The position numbers were made by a program, and so were the translations under genes. Under the pieces are notes generated by a model. That model had not been told where the DNA came from and ran no database searches. It saw nothing but the letters and a program-made list of their open reading frames with translations. A stretch of DNA of 64,000 bases from the NCBI RefSeq assembly GCF_036321535.1, contig NC_087436.1, positions 60,204,001 to 60,268,000 of the forward strand, given 5' to 3'. Positions within the stretch are counted from its first letter, which is position 1; the number at the start of each line of letters is the position of its first letter. Below, piece by piece: positions 12,766-26,360 of this stretch. This DNA is from Camelus dromedarius (Eukaryota).

Positions 12766-14669
12766 AAATAGGATTTGTTTACATTCTTAATTATGGATTT
12801 TGCTATGATTTATGCTTTAAACTGGCTGTAAACTTCTACCACGTGCAGATGATTCTTACATCTTTGTATTCTTCATACTCTGAAGATTTTGGCTGTCTAC
12901 GCATCTCAGAGGACTTATTAGAAGGTGTTTCTGTACCTCTACTTGCCCCTTTACTCAGGATTACAGAGTAACTTCAGACATTAAACAAACCTAATCAGCT
13001 GCTTTACCAAGGGAAACAGTTTAACCATGTAGGTCTGTTGTTTCTGACTTGAATACAAAGAAAAACAATCAGGTGCCTGGCCGGGACTTCCTGTGTGTCC
13101 ACAGCATAGGAATAGTGCCGCTGGGTCCCTATAGCAGGCATCTGTGTTTGAGATCCTGCATAATGGCCACTAGACAGAGGCTGACCTGAAGGAGGGTGTT
13201 ATCTCAGACCCCTGAGAACCCCAAAACTTCTAAGTTCTTCAGAGTTAAGAACTTGTCTTTCCACCATTCCACCTGGGAAGACCAGGGCCCAGGGGAGACA
13301 ATGTCAGTCCACCTCTATTGGAGGAAACATTGCACTGCAACTGCTTTAAATAATGCAAGCCCTGCCCCATCCCAGTGCCTGGTGGGTTCAGAGGATCTTC
13401 CTTAGAAAATCCTATAAAACAGCTTGAGAATTCTCAGGAAGCCTAGCAATGGTGCAGGTACACTTTAAGAAAAATAAGGCAACAAGCCATCTTCATGTCT
13501 ATGTTCTGCTGACGAGGTCTGATGCTTCCCAGATCATAACTGCACAGGTATAATCAATGTTGCTAAAGAATCTACAACTAACCACAGCAACCTATAAAAG
13601 ATCCATGAAAATGACTTTGGATATTTCTCAAGCCGAGAAAAAATGGTTATTTTCTTTCTGATTCTTCGCTTTTAACCCTTAACCCTGTGTCAAGAATGTT
13701 TGGATTGACGATACAGTGAGATGGCTTGTCTAGATTGACTTTGGTTCCATTACAGGATGCTGCCTCTTGGATTGTTCACTTTAATTACATATTACAGAAA
13801 AGCAAATCCTCTGCCCCAGTACTTGTTGCAGACAATTAGGACACTGCACTCCAGGAAAAGATTGGAGATCCAGGCTCCTACTGATCAGGAGGGGGCACTA
13901 GAAGGAACAAAAGCAAGTAAGGTGAATTCCATGAGCTTGATCATGACATGTGGGAAATTGCCTCAATGTGTCTGGGTGACTCCACCACTGCAGTGAAGAG
14001 ATGTCATCCTGATATCTGTTTTTAAACTATTTGTCATTAAGAACCAGTTTTTTTAACCCCAATTGCATATCAGTACTTTTGTAAAATAAAATAAATAAGA
14101 ATTACTCTTAATTCTGACTGGTAACAGTCTGTGGCCTAGTAATGGTCCAAGGAATCCACTTTGAATTTTACTTCTTCAGTAACTTTTTACACTCAAATGT
14201 TTATTAAATGTACTGGACAGTGCAACTACTAAGTTAATATCTTAATGTCTGTGTTCCTCAGTGAATTGTCTTTCCTGTATTCTAAAATACATCTTCTGGG
14301 AATCAGTCTCTTCATATTTCACAGTTGGCTCAACTCAGAATAGGAAAACTGAACTAATCACTTTTCCTTCCAAACAGGGTCTCACAATCAACCTGCCTAT
14401 CTGTAGTTGACACCAGGAATATTTCAATCATTAGAGCCCAAAATTTCATTAAAAATTTATATCTACCTCCCCTTCAATATTTATAACTAATCACAGATTA
14501 TTTCAGATTTTATCATCTTACTCTCCAATCCTATTGCACATCACCCACTACTTAACTCCAATCCTAACAGGCATACATCCTAGACCACTATTTCATTTTC
14601 CTTTTCCTAGTGTACAGCTGATATACATGACTTTCAAGGGTGCATGCAAAATTTTATCATTTTATGTAG

Positions 14670-14900
14670 CAATAGATAATGATTAAAAATATAGTACCTA
14701 GAACTAGAAAGCCTGGTTCTGAATTCAGTTCTCTATTTACTAGTTCTATGAACTTTGGAAAAGCTCTTTAACCTCTCTGCACAACAATTTTCTCATCCAT
14801 AAACTGGAATTAATTATAGTAACCCTCTGATATGGTTATTCTGCAGATTAAATGAGTTAATATATTTAAAGCACTTAACTGTACCCGTAACTGTTATATG
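14670..14900 (+). mobile_element. MIR SINE
   Basis: GCCTGGTTCTGAATTCAG...TTTAACCTCTCTGC...TTTCTCATCCATAAA...GATTAAATGAGTTAATATATTTAAAGCACTTA. Confidence 0.85.
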
Positions 14901-17900
14901 ATCAATCAGTGCAGCTACGACAATTATGTCCTTTCCTATCCTTATTTCTCAGCTATTGCTAAAAGAGCCTATTATAAACTAACAAAATCCATTAGCTTCC
15001 ACATTTAAAATATACAAACAGCCTATTTTTATTTATATGCCTTTGCACCAACTCTTCTTATATTTTCATCTTTCCTTGTGTGTGTATTTATCCTACTCCT
15101 CTTCAAACTACAGCTTAGTTCCCATCTCTTCCATGAATTCTTTCTAGGTTACTTTCACCCTCCCCAAGTTCTTCTAGAGCAACTAGAGACTATACTCAGA
15201 ATTGATGCATCATCACCTAGGATTCAATGTTTTTTCATGTGTTATCATCTTTTTTTCCCTTGTATCAAGTTGATTTAACATAAGGAAGGATCATGACCTT
15301 CTCACCCAGACAGACAAATTTGAATTTCATCTCTGTAACTTCCCACCTGTATAACCTTGGCAACTATTTGACTTCTCAGAGTCTCAGTTTTTCTGCCTTT
15401 ATTATTAAAACTATGCTGTTGATAACTCTCTAAAATGGCTTACACCAACATGAACACATCCCTTCTTCAACATGAGTTTAGAACTCTTGACGCTGGAAAT
15501 CACGTCCCATATTTTTTCGGTATTCTCTATCCCTTACGGCAAATAGTGTATATGGAGTAATACTCAGGAAAAGTTAATTAGTTTGATGCTGTGTTTTAAA
15601 GAGGGTGCTGGAACATAACACTGTTTACCCAGAACTCTTCTACTTGTACAACTCAAGCGTTTATTGCTCTGTATTCCCGTGGTGCACCCTCTCTCACTGT
15701 GCTGCTAAGTAATGGAGTCTAGTAATCTCCTTATAATATACTAATCCTCACAGACTGTAATAATATAACAACTTCAAGAGACTTACACAGTGGAATTTGT
15801 GTCTAAGTGAACAAAACTTCTGAAGTGTTTTTAACTTGGAACATCTTTATTATTTGGAAGTTATACTGGCAGATTACCAAAAGAAACCCAAATTAATAAG
15901 GGTCTGAAGAAAAAGATTTTTAAGAAAAGAATATATTGTAGGCAAGAGAAAGCTGAGAGTGCGCTTAACAGCAGTAAATGGTTACCTGAAGTTAGGAACA
16001 TTCTGTTTTCATGAGGGCAGATTGGTACAATGAGCATTTAGGTTAGGTTTTAGAAGAAACTTTTTAATAACAGTATTTCTGAGATTCCAGTTTGAGTAAA
16101 CACTCAAAAGAAATTGGGAAATTTCTTAATCTAAATATTTTAAAAATATTTTATAATTGTTGAGTTTAGCACCAGACAGATGGTAAAAGATGGTAAAAGA
16201 ATGTTAGCTATTAAGTCAGGCACATCTGGGGATAGAAAACAGAGAAATATTTCAAGGTTCTTTTCACATAACCACTGCTACATATCAGTAAGTTAGTTTA
16301 CAGGGGAAAAACACCAATGATGACAGCAATATAAACTTTATCCATAGTATAACAGAAGGTATGAAATCTCTTTGGAGGCTCAAGAATAATTTCTTTAGAC
16401 ATCTCATTTTTGAGATAGACACACTAGCATAAGGCAATCTGTAGATACACTACCTGCCTCCCAGAGAGGAGACGGTCTGACTACTTTTGACTGAAAATAG
16501 GCACATTTCAGCAGAGTGAAACGAGCAGGTGACTAGGTAGATGCTGGGACTGTAAGGAAATGTGAAAACTTCAGAGGAATCTATAAATGAATAAGAGCCA
16601 AAGGGAATCGTGGATCTGAACCAGAATGAAGGGAAGGGGAGATAAAAGCATTATAAGGACAGAGAGAAGAGGGAGGGTAAGAGAGAAGAGGAAAGGGGAG
16701 TGGAGCCCAGCATTAGTGGATTGTCACAAAAGATTCAGCCTGGAAAATTAAAGGCTTTATGTTCAGAAGAAGGAATAAAACATGAGAGGAACACTAGATA
16801 AGTACACAGAGTAACCCAGTGATTCACATCCACAATAACCAACAGGTAAGGAAACACAGATAAAGGTTAACTAACGAGGAAGGAAGAAATGAGTACACAC
16901 TGAGAATGGAAGAGGCTGTTCTCATGCTCCACATTAAAACTTTTGCTGTGGTGTGGATTTCAGCAACATGACAAATTACAGCAATTCCATAGTTTTTCAA
17001 ATGATACCCTTTTTTCTTTCCGAGAATAACTTATTTTTTTCATTTCAATTCAGCTTATCCCAAACTATCTTTCTCATTATCTTTGTGTATAAATGACTGC
17101 TCATTATTGTGTGGATAGTCATTGATAAAATGAGAATTCACAAACCTTATTGACAATATTCTTGTAAAATTTTAATATTCATTGTGTATTCTTACCTCTG
17201 TGATAATATCCCCCAAATGAATCCATTTTTAATGGTTGTGACTGAAAAATATATTTGGGAAGTAATTACACACTTAGAATAAACGTAGATACTTTAAAAT
17301 GTTTAACTTCGTTAATGCCTTAATATTTATAATCTTTGCAATTCTTTGAATTTGCAGGTATTTTTAATAGGGAAACATGGAAACTACAAACTTACATTGA
17401 CAAATTTTATTTTACCTGGTTTCATAATGCAAGGTCAAGTCATTTACATGACTATCCATTATAATAAATACATATATAAGAAGGTAACATAAGGTTATGT
17501 GTGATTAAAGTCTAAGAATTTCACTAAATTGATGTTTCCAATAAGCAATTGTTTCAGGAATTAAAAATATAACAAAAAATCCTACTTAAAAAATTATATG
17601 GCCTCAGTCCAAGAATATCATCATCCTAGATTGATTTAACACCGGTAAATTAAATAAACTAGCTATATAGGTTAATTATATACTATTTAAATTGAGTTGC
17701 ATAAGACGATCCTTTAAATAAGTTTTAATGGCTTACATTTAGAGTTCTTTGAACATTTGCAAGAAAAATACCTGTAGTTTGACTATACTAATGCAATTAG
17801 GAAACTTTTGCCTTCGATTTGTTTTAATTGTAGTTGATTAGTATTGCAAAGTTATTTTAGAAATCATCAAAGAAAGGTTTAATTGAATTGTACTCCTTAA

Positions 17901-20264
17901 ATTTATGAATGCATTTCACTTACAGTGACAGCAGCCAGGGAGTTAAAATCTAAGACTTATTCTCACTATAATAAAATAAAATGCTATAAACTTTTAATGA
18001 TCTCAAGAAAATGCCTCCTTGAGGGTCCTATTCCCAAAAACTGCTGTGTCAAGGTTCTAAATATATGGTATACCATTTTATGATCTAGGATCACATACTT
18101 ATTTTTTCCTCTATGTAGCTATTTTAATTTTCCTATTATTTGTAACATGAGTTATATTCATGAACTCACATCTTGAAACTTCATCCTTAAATTCTAGAAG
18201 TCAGCATCTCCAGCTTTAACCTGGCATTCCCTAGAAATTTTAACATTGAACCACTGATCTTCTGGTTTCACTCATTCTAGTTTATCATCTCAATTCTAAC
18301 TCTATTCCTTGAACTCACCTTGCCTCACCCTTCACCACAACATTTTCAACCTTATTCAGATTTTCTCCATAGGTCGACCAGCCCTTTAAGGTTAAGACAG
18401 CTCTCAGATTATTCTCTTGTGCCTCCCCTATTTTAATATTTATCACATTTGAATACCATTGTGATAGAAAGATGCAATTATAATCTGTTTATGTAACTGT
18501 CTTCTTCAACAGATAATATGATCCGTGAGTCAAAGAGAGTTCTCATTTATTGCTGTCTGTCTGATTACAGAGTCATCAGGAGTTTCACTCCTTTCTAAGA
18601 CAGTTCAATTCTAAGCCATCCTCAGAGGAGTGTACCAATAATAGGGTAACACTAGCGTAGTTTCAGGAATTCCAATTCACATCACATTCCTCAAACTAAA
18701 CATTTTGGGCATAACCATAACCAAATCAACAACTAGATTAAAATCCTTCTTAAGAACAAGAGACATTCTTTTCCTACACTTACAGCATTTAGAATAGTTT
18801 TAGGCATGTTTTAAACAAATTGACTTCCAAGTGTAGGTATACCACTGGTAGCTGTGTTTAGTGAAACTTAATATTGAGCACAGTTGGTATCAGAAAAGAG
18901 TCTATCAACTACAAAACATAAGCATCATACTAAGGTCAGGATTCTAGATCCTCATAAACAGCGCCAACAGATCATGGATTCAGCCTTGGAGTTGAGGATT
19001 AGAAACCAGGGGGAAAAAAGATGTAACTACTGCTTTTCAACGTGTTCAAACTGTGAAACACGTATATGGCTTTGTCGTTTTGGTTAAAAGCCCATCATAT
19101 ACTATCTTGTTCCTCATTGTTCTGCCTTATGGTCTATCTCTGCATGTTATTATATTCATACAACACCGATTCAAGTCAAAAAGACTCAAAAAATAAAATC
19201 CAAAAACATGCAAGTTTTACCAACTGTCAAGAGGCAGCAAAGAGTAATTCAAAGAAATAGTATAAGGAGATGGGTGGGTGAGAGAATTTGAATTTCTACA
19301 CAGCAGTATTACATATTAGCTGCTTCACAATTTCTTCTCTTTCCACTTCTGTAAGAATTCTACACTACCTCTAATTTTCCTCTTCTCTTTGTTTCTGAAC
19401 TTAATATTTTAGATTACTTTACTGGGTTATTCTTTTAAGTCATCTTCTAAAAGTACCCAGTTAATTATATGCACTTTCTTTTGTAACTCAGTCTACCATC
19501 TCTGCTCCTTCAGTATCCCTATGAATTATCCTGACAATCAAAAAGAAGACCCCAAGAGCCCAGCAACACAAGTACGAATTCTTTCTTAGCCAACAACCAT
19601 TGAAGAAAAAATGACAACTATTTCTTGAATATTTTGTAACTGTCATCACATCTTAATAATTGAATTTAAATTTTACGTCAAAACATAAATGTAACTACAA
19701 GAATAGATTCTGCCATAAACAAGTAAGAGTAGAAGCCAAAAATAAGAAAAAAAAATTTTTTAACCTTAAGAATTTAGGGAATTGAAGCTATTATTCCCCT
19801 TCATGATTTAAAAAGAAATAAGCCCTAATTTAATTTGCGGTATTGAATTCCTTCATGCAGCTTCTGCAATGCACTGAAACTTGAGAACCATTAGGTTGAT
19901 AGAAGGTGGTAATTTAGGAAGCAGTCACAAGGGCCAAATTGTGACTTGTCAGCCCCTGACAAATATAAACCACAACAGCAGCAGGGATCCAGCTCTGAAA
20001 ATGAGATATAGTGCATCCAAACTCAACCCTTTGCCAAAGGAGATGTTCAGCAGAAATGGTTAGAGATTTTCAAAAATTTCAGAAGAAATGCTCTCCTCTC
20101 AAAAATGTCAAAGCCAACAAAGGAAGCATTACTTGTGAATATACTATTTCCCCCTATTTTCATTCCCAATTTATTACTGATAAATCTAGCAAGTCAGGTG
20201 AGATGATGACATTCTCAAATGGCCATTAACTTAATAATAGTCCTAACCTTCTTTGGGTGGCAAA

Positions 20265-20490
20265 TTTGGAATAAGTAAAGTTGAAGAATTCATAATAACC
20301 TAGGTCTCCCTCCCTTACTATCTGAGTGAGCTCAATAAAGTTACTTAAACTTCCTCTATCTCAGATATCTCATTTAAAAATAGGAACAACTATAGAAAAT
20401 ACTTCTTTTCATTGTTGTGAATTAAACTAGGTAATAATGTAAGGTATCTAGAAAAGTTTTAGGCAGAAAGCAAATATTTAATCAGTACGA
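20265..20490 (+). mobile_element. MIR SINE (diverged)
   Basis: CTTACTATCTGAGTGAGC...AAGTTACTTAAAC...CTCAGATATCTCATTTAAAAATAGG core. Confidence 0.65.
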
Positions 20491-21631
20491 AGTAATAACA
20501 TGGAGAGACAGTGAGAGGTTATAAACTAAAAGTTGAAGTTATCTTCATTTCTCTGATGGAGGAACTATTAAATTCCTTGACTGAAAGTAAAAATATAATG
20601 TCCCCCATATTTCTATCAACATAGAAAGAGTAATTTTAGCAGACAGATGCACAAAGTAAACCAATTACAAAGCCTACAAAGCTAAAATGTATACATTCTG
20701 AGTCAATTAAAAATGTTGTTCTCTTTCTACAAAAGCTATTCACTCACTGCCAAATATAATTATTAAGAAATATTTTATTATCTCTATTTAGTACATTAAG
20801 AACTACTTTATCACATTTACCTGCCTTTAACAACACAATCAAGTTTTGCATCATAAACTAAAAAGTCACAAAAATTTTTAATAATGAAAGCACAAATAAA
20901 TTTAAAGATGATTTTATTTGAATGTGAGTAAACAGCCACCTCTAAACTAAATGGCAAACAATTTGAAAAGAAATAAGCATATGCTTCTTTCCTTTTGAAA
21001 TATATAAAAACATAATAAACCCAAATACATGAATAAAAATAATCTTGAATTGTGACATATTTGAATAATTTCCTCAGTTTCTTACTCCCTGGGTGAAGAC
21101 ATAAACTTGTTTCAGATTATTCAATTAAATGGTTCTCTAGTGACCTGAAACACTGACACACGTATCTAAGTATGCCACTGTTCATGACATACTCTAATCC
21201 ACAGTTTTTTAAGAACATGGTTCTTCTTACTTTCATATTCAAATACTAAATATTGTAAATTCAGTAGATAAAAATCTCATAAGGCTATCCATGGAAGAAC
21301 AAAAGAAACTGTTTTTTGTCACAGATCAAAAGGTAGAAATCACATCTTTGCAGCACTGTGCCGCTTCTGAATTAATTTAGCTCGTTTATGACTCAGTGGA
21401 CTCTCTTCTTGTCACTGCTCAAGTCACTTCCTACCACTGTTAGGGTTTTGATGTCTTAACATTTTTTCAGACTACTAGAATACTGTTTAGGGTACTAGCA
21501 CTCTTATTTAAATAAAGCAGACGTTGTAAAAGTTCTTCTCCATCTGAAATATACAATGTACTGTTAACTTTTACAAACAGAAAGATAAATACAAGCATTA
21601 AGAACTCATTTTAATTAAATGCTTATTTGTC

Positions 21632-22440
21632 TATCATTAAAAAGCCCACAAATGATAAATGATAAAGGAGAAAAAGAACCCTCCTACACTGTTGGTGGGA
21701 ATGTAGTTTGGTGCAACATTATGGAAAACAGTACAGAGATTCCTTAAAAACTAAAAATAGGCTTACCCTACGATCCACCAATCCAGCTATGTTCCGGCAA
21801 TCCCACTCCTGGACATATATCCAGAGGGAACTCTAATTCAAAAAGGTACATGCATCCCAATGTTCATAGCAGCACTATTTACAATAGGCAAGGCATGGAA
21901 GCAACCTAAGTGTCCACTGACAGATGACTCAATAAAGAAGCTGTGGTGTACTATTCAGCTATACAATGGAATACTATTCAGCCATAAAAAAGAATAAAGT
22001 AATACCAGTTGCAGCAACACAGATGGACCTGGAGACTGCCATACTAAGCTAAATAAGCCAGAAAGAGAAAGAAAAATACCATATGATATCACTTATATGT
22101 GGAATCTAAAAAAAAAAAAAATGACACAAATGAATTTATTTACAGAACAGAAACAGACTCATAGACATAGAAAACAAACTTCCATTTTCTATGTTATGTT
22201 TATGGGGAGAAAGGGAGGGGGAGGTGAAGGGATAAATTAGGTGTTCAGGATTTCCAAACATTAACTGCTATACATAAACAACAAGTTGACAGTGTACAGT
22301 ATAGGGAATTATATTCAATACCTTGTAACCTATAATTAAAAATATGAAAATGAATACATATGTATAACTGAAATATTATGCTGAACACCAGAAATTAACA
22401 TAACATTTTAAACCAACTATACTTCAAAAAAAAATGACAA
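21632..22440 (+). mobile_element. Relatively young 5'-truncated LINE-1 (cetartiodactyl/camelid-type 3' UTR) with TSD
   Basis: ORF2 end (ACACTGTTGGTGGGAATGTA, ATGTTCATAGCAGCACTATTTACAATAG), 3' UTR ending AACTATACTTCAAAAAAAAA. Flanks AAATGCTTATTTGTC (21617-21631) and AGATTCTTATTTGTC (22441-22455) match 13/15. Confidence 0.92.
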
Positions 22441-23094
22441 AGATTCTTATTTGTCCATAATGTCATTATCAGATGCAGAAATGACGGGAGAAATATATAC
22501 ATAGATGTTCATATATATATTTATGGATTATGCCATTCCAACCATTAAATATTAATGGAACATATGAGAATTTATGCCAGAGCACATAAAACATGTAAAT
22601 ATGTAAAATATCTATCTTTCATTTTGGAAACAGAAAAAGGAAAGCAGGTTAATGGGGGAAAGGCCTTCTGCTTTGCACTCAGGGAGAAAACAGGTAAGGC
22701 AGGTTGTCAACGGATATCCCAGGGAGAGGGTAAAAATCAAAATGAGCCTGCCAAGTCAAAAAGAGGGTCAGTCTGAGAGAACATGGCTCACAGCATCGGT
22801 ACCTAAAACTTTCACCAACTTATGCCTTTCCCACTTCAGTACACTCCACCTTCCAAGATAATGAAGCTTTTTTTTTAACTTCTGAACCAGGAAAGTAGAC
22901 CTAATACTGATACCCTTTCTATGCAATGCAATATTTCTCTATTTGCCTAAAAAATTCTATTTTACAAAAAGAAGCTCTTTAATTTCACATTTTTACATAC
23001 AGTTTAAAAGTGATCATTATATTGATTGCATTTGAATTAACTATAGCAGAATGCAAACAGCTAATCCATCAACAAGTATGTAAATTCTGTATTT

Positions 23095-23235
23095 TAATTT
23101 TCTCATTTGCTGAGAACATTTGGATAAAAATAATAACTAACACAGAGCTGCTTGGATAAATAATTTATTATGTCTAAGCCATTAGAACAGTGCATGGGAC
23201 ACAGTAAGTGCCAAATAAATGTTGACTATTATTAT
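23095..23235 (+). mobile_element. MIR 3' fragment
   Basis: ATGTCTAAGCCATTAGAACAGTGCATGGGACACAGTAAGTGCCAAATAAATGTTGACTATTATTAT. Confidence 0.7.
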
Positions 23236-23899
23236 AAAGTGACTGTGAAATCTCCTCTTATGCAGCATGGAGGAAGAGTGAAAAGAGAAGGTGGTTACTG
23301 TATACTTGCAATAACTCAAGCAAAAATCTTCAGCCAGAAGGAAAAGAACACAGGATAAGCAAAGAGACGAAAGGGAACTTGAAGACTTCACAAGTTTAAA
23401 GAGTTAATACACTTTTCTCTTTACATTCACTTAAGATATTACAAGTTGTACATTTTACTTAAGCATTCACCGGCAGTTTTTTTTTGGGGGGGGGGTAAGC
23501 TCATTTTCTCCACAGCAGGATATGAACTTTAAGTCTTTGTTTCTAAGGAATTTATTAAATGTGATACATGTGGTATTTGGCAAAACCAACACAGCCAAGT
23601 ACGCTGATGGTTTAGTCAATTACTGGGCTGAGAGTACTGGATCATCAGTGAGATTGTTACCAATTTCACTGTACTTTGCTTCAGAATTTTTTCTCCTGAG
23701 TCTTCATCAATCTCTTTTCTCTCTTGCCATCCTTTGTAGAACTATTTTTCCACTAGTGCTTTCCGTTCTAGTTCTTCCCAGAGCATCATCAAGCTTCATT
23801 ACCTATTTGACCTCCCTTGTGATTCTTCAAGATTTCCCTTTCCAATGGAATCTCTCTCCACCTATAAATAGCCATTGCACTAGTTCATTAACCCTATTT

Positions 23900-24310
23900 C
23901 CAGTGCTTTCTGTAACTGCCACTTGATTAAAACTAGTGTCCCAAAAGGCCTCCAATGACCCCCTAGCCATCAACCTTAATAGGCTCTTCTTGTAGCATTG
24001 AAGATTTTGCACAACTTCTTTGGTTTGAAAATGTCATCTCCATTGCATTTTTCTGTCACTGAACTCTCCTGATGCTCCTGTTTTTTCAGTTGCTCAGTAT
24101 TATTGTTTCACCCCAAATTCTAGCTCTTTATTCTCTTTTCTTCTTCCTTTAGCCTCTCCCTTGTAAATACAACCCAAACCCATAGCTTCAATTCCCATCT
24201 TAATGTGTATTACTGTGATATCTGTTAGATGTGACTTCTAGATAAATTTTAGTCTCACATTTCTAACTTCCAAGTACAACTCTTTTCAGTCTACCCTCTT
24301 TCCTCTATCA
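23900..24310 (+). mobile_element. L2 fragment
   Basis: AAAGGCCTCCAATGACCCCC...CCCATAGCTTCAATTCCCATC...TCTCACATTTCTAAC, a pyrimidine-rich L2 RT-region pattern. Confidence 0.55.
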
Positions 24311-24374
24311 AACTAAACGATTTTAAGGATTTACTTTGAAAGTGCACACGTGCACTGGTTTGAGTGCAACAATT

Positions 24375-24570
24375 TTATGGATTCAAATCTTGCTCTGTCC
24401 CTTCAGGCTGTGTGATCTTATGCATGTTACATAACCCTGAAACTTTCCAATCTGTAAAATGAGAATAATACTACCTACCATAGAACGGTTATTAAAAGTA
24501 CAGTATATAATACATGCAAATTGCTTGACACAGTGAAAGATTATGTTGTAAGTATACAGTAACATTAGAT
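24375..24570 (+). mobile_element. MIR SINE
   Basis: GGATTCAAATCTTGCTCTG...GCTGTGTGATCTTA...TCTGTAAAATGAGAATAATACTACCTACCATAG. Confidence 0.85.
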
Positions 24571-25093
24571 ACTAAGATTTTAATTATTACACTTATCGAG
24601 TAAATATTATTCATAAGAGTAAAAATGACTTGGCACAATGCCTAAAATAAAGTGGTTCTCAATAAATGTTAAGCATTGTTTATTATGCTGGCAAAACATA
24701 CCAATCTGTGTATCAAACATGGAGGCAGCTATGTTAAAATGGACAGAATACTGAGCTTACAGTTAAGAGAAGTGGATGTAAAAACTAGCTCCAAAATATA
24801 AAGCAATGTGAACTGAGTAAGTCACTATACTCTGTGAGTATTATTCACTTGTAAAATAAAGTTAGAAAAATTGAACTCTAAGGAGTTTGTCATTCAATAG
24901 TTCCATAAGTAGCTAATTCAGTGTATCCAAATATTGACTCCTCATCAATTTCCCCTTCAAATTTTTCCCAACTGTGTTTTCTCTTTCTAGTAAAGAAACA
25001 ACCATCTTCCAAGACACCTACACTAGACATTCAAACTGCCTCACATCTCCTTCCCTATGTCAGAATACGACATCAACATTTAACCAGGAGCTA

Positions 25094-25496
25094 GAAGACC
25101 TTGAGCTTCATTATATGCTCACTGTAACAGCATGATAAACAACATGGCCACAGGTGCCATGACAGTCCCAATGCTAACCGCAAAAGGCCGAAGAATGGGC
25201 GGTGGCCCAATTCCTAGGAATCCCAGCCCCTTCCCCAGGGTACCCAGAATGGTCCCACCTGTAGGCCTGTGAAGCTACTGAGCCTATAAAAACTGGCAAC
25301 ACCATGCCTAGCGGCCATTTTCATTCCCTCCCCTTTGGAGATGACCCGTACTCTGATATGGAGTATGTACCTACTTTTATTTTAACCTGAGCACCCAATT
25401 TCCACACCTCTTTCCTTGCCTTTCTCCTGCCTTACACTCTATGCAGTATGTATCTCTCTAAATAAATCTACCTTTACTCAAAAAAAAAAAAAAAAA
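25094..25496 (+). mobile_element. MER41-like ERV1 LTR (U3-R only) retroposed as a polyadenylated copy
   Basis: CTTCATTATATGCT...AGCATGATAAAC...GCCATGACAGT resembles MER41 U3. TATAAAAA at 25285, AATAAA at 25461, A17 at 25480-25496. Flanks TAACCAGGAGCTA (25081-25093) and TAACCAGGTGCTA (25498-25510). Confidence 0.75.
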
Positions 25497-25857
25497 GTAA
25501 CCAGGTGCTAAAGGCAAAACCAGGATTCACTCGCAATACCTTTTCAAACAAAAACAAAAACCTGGCACTCACAAATTTAAATCCTAATAGCAAGTCTGAG
25601 CTTGTTGATCTACTGCTCAAAATGCTGAGTACTTTCCATGATCTACAGAATAAATTCCAAATCTCACTGCCCAGCTTTCAAGGTATTCTACCATATGATT
25701 CCAATTTACCCTTTTGCTGTTATTTCCTTCAGACATACTCTACCCAGCTGAACTGAAATAGTGCTTTCTACACACATATATGTTCTGTCCCTCATATGTT
25801 CACATAAACTACTCTGCCTGAATGTCCTTCCTGATGTTTGAATGTCTATATCATACT

Positions 25858-26360
25858 CCAGTAGATACTGCAGGCTGCCTATTCATGATCCATTCTCCAA
25901 CAGTACATGGACTTTCAGTGCAGTATCCCCAGAACTCTCCTCATGCGGATGAATACTCAAGGAAAATCAAGCCCCATTTCTACCTCCAAGGTTGAGAATG
26001 GTTCACTTAGGTAATATGCACATTTCTCCATCCAGGCTGTAGGTTAAGAGTGATCATGTATCCTGGGCACTCCAATCAAGGCAAATGTTAGAATGCTTCC
26101 TTGAAATACTAGGGCAGGATTTATTCTTCTAGAGATTGTTATGTTCAGTTCTCAGAATTCACCCCTGCCACTCTCCTACCAGTCAAGGAAAAGAGCAGAG
26201 CTGATAATGTCAGAGAGAAATAGAGCAGAACCTCTGATTGAACTGTATCTGTTCACTGCTCTCCATGTGAACTCTTTTAGTTATATGAACCAATCAATTC
26301 CTTGTGTTAAGATACCTTGATTACTTACTTGTAGGAAAAAACATTTTAAACTGACATACA
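25858..26360 (+). mobile_element. MaLR LTR (MLT1J/K-like)
   Basis: Start AGATACTGCAGGCTGCCTA...TCCATTCTCC. End TTTTAGTTATATGAACCAATCAATTCC...ACTTGTAGG...AACTGACATACA. Confidence 0.7.

Noticed and set aside
17196..17241. 46-nt minus-strand pseudo-exon (TTTTTCAG|...GAG|GTAAGA)
   Set aside because: Good donor but short pyrimidine tract and no other support. Such pairs arise by chance in long AT-rich introns.
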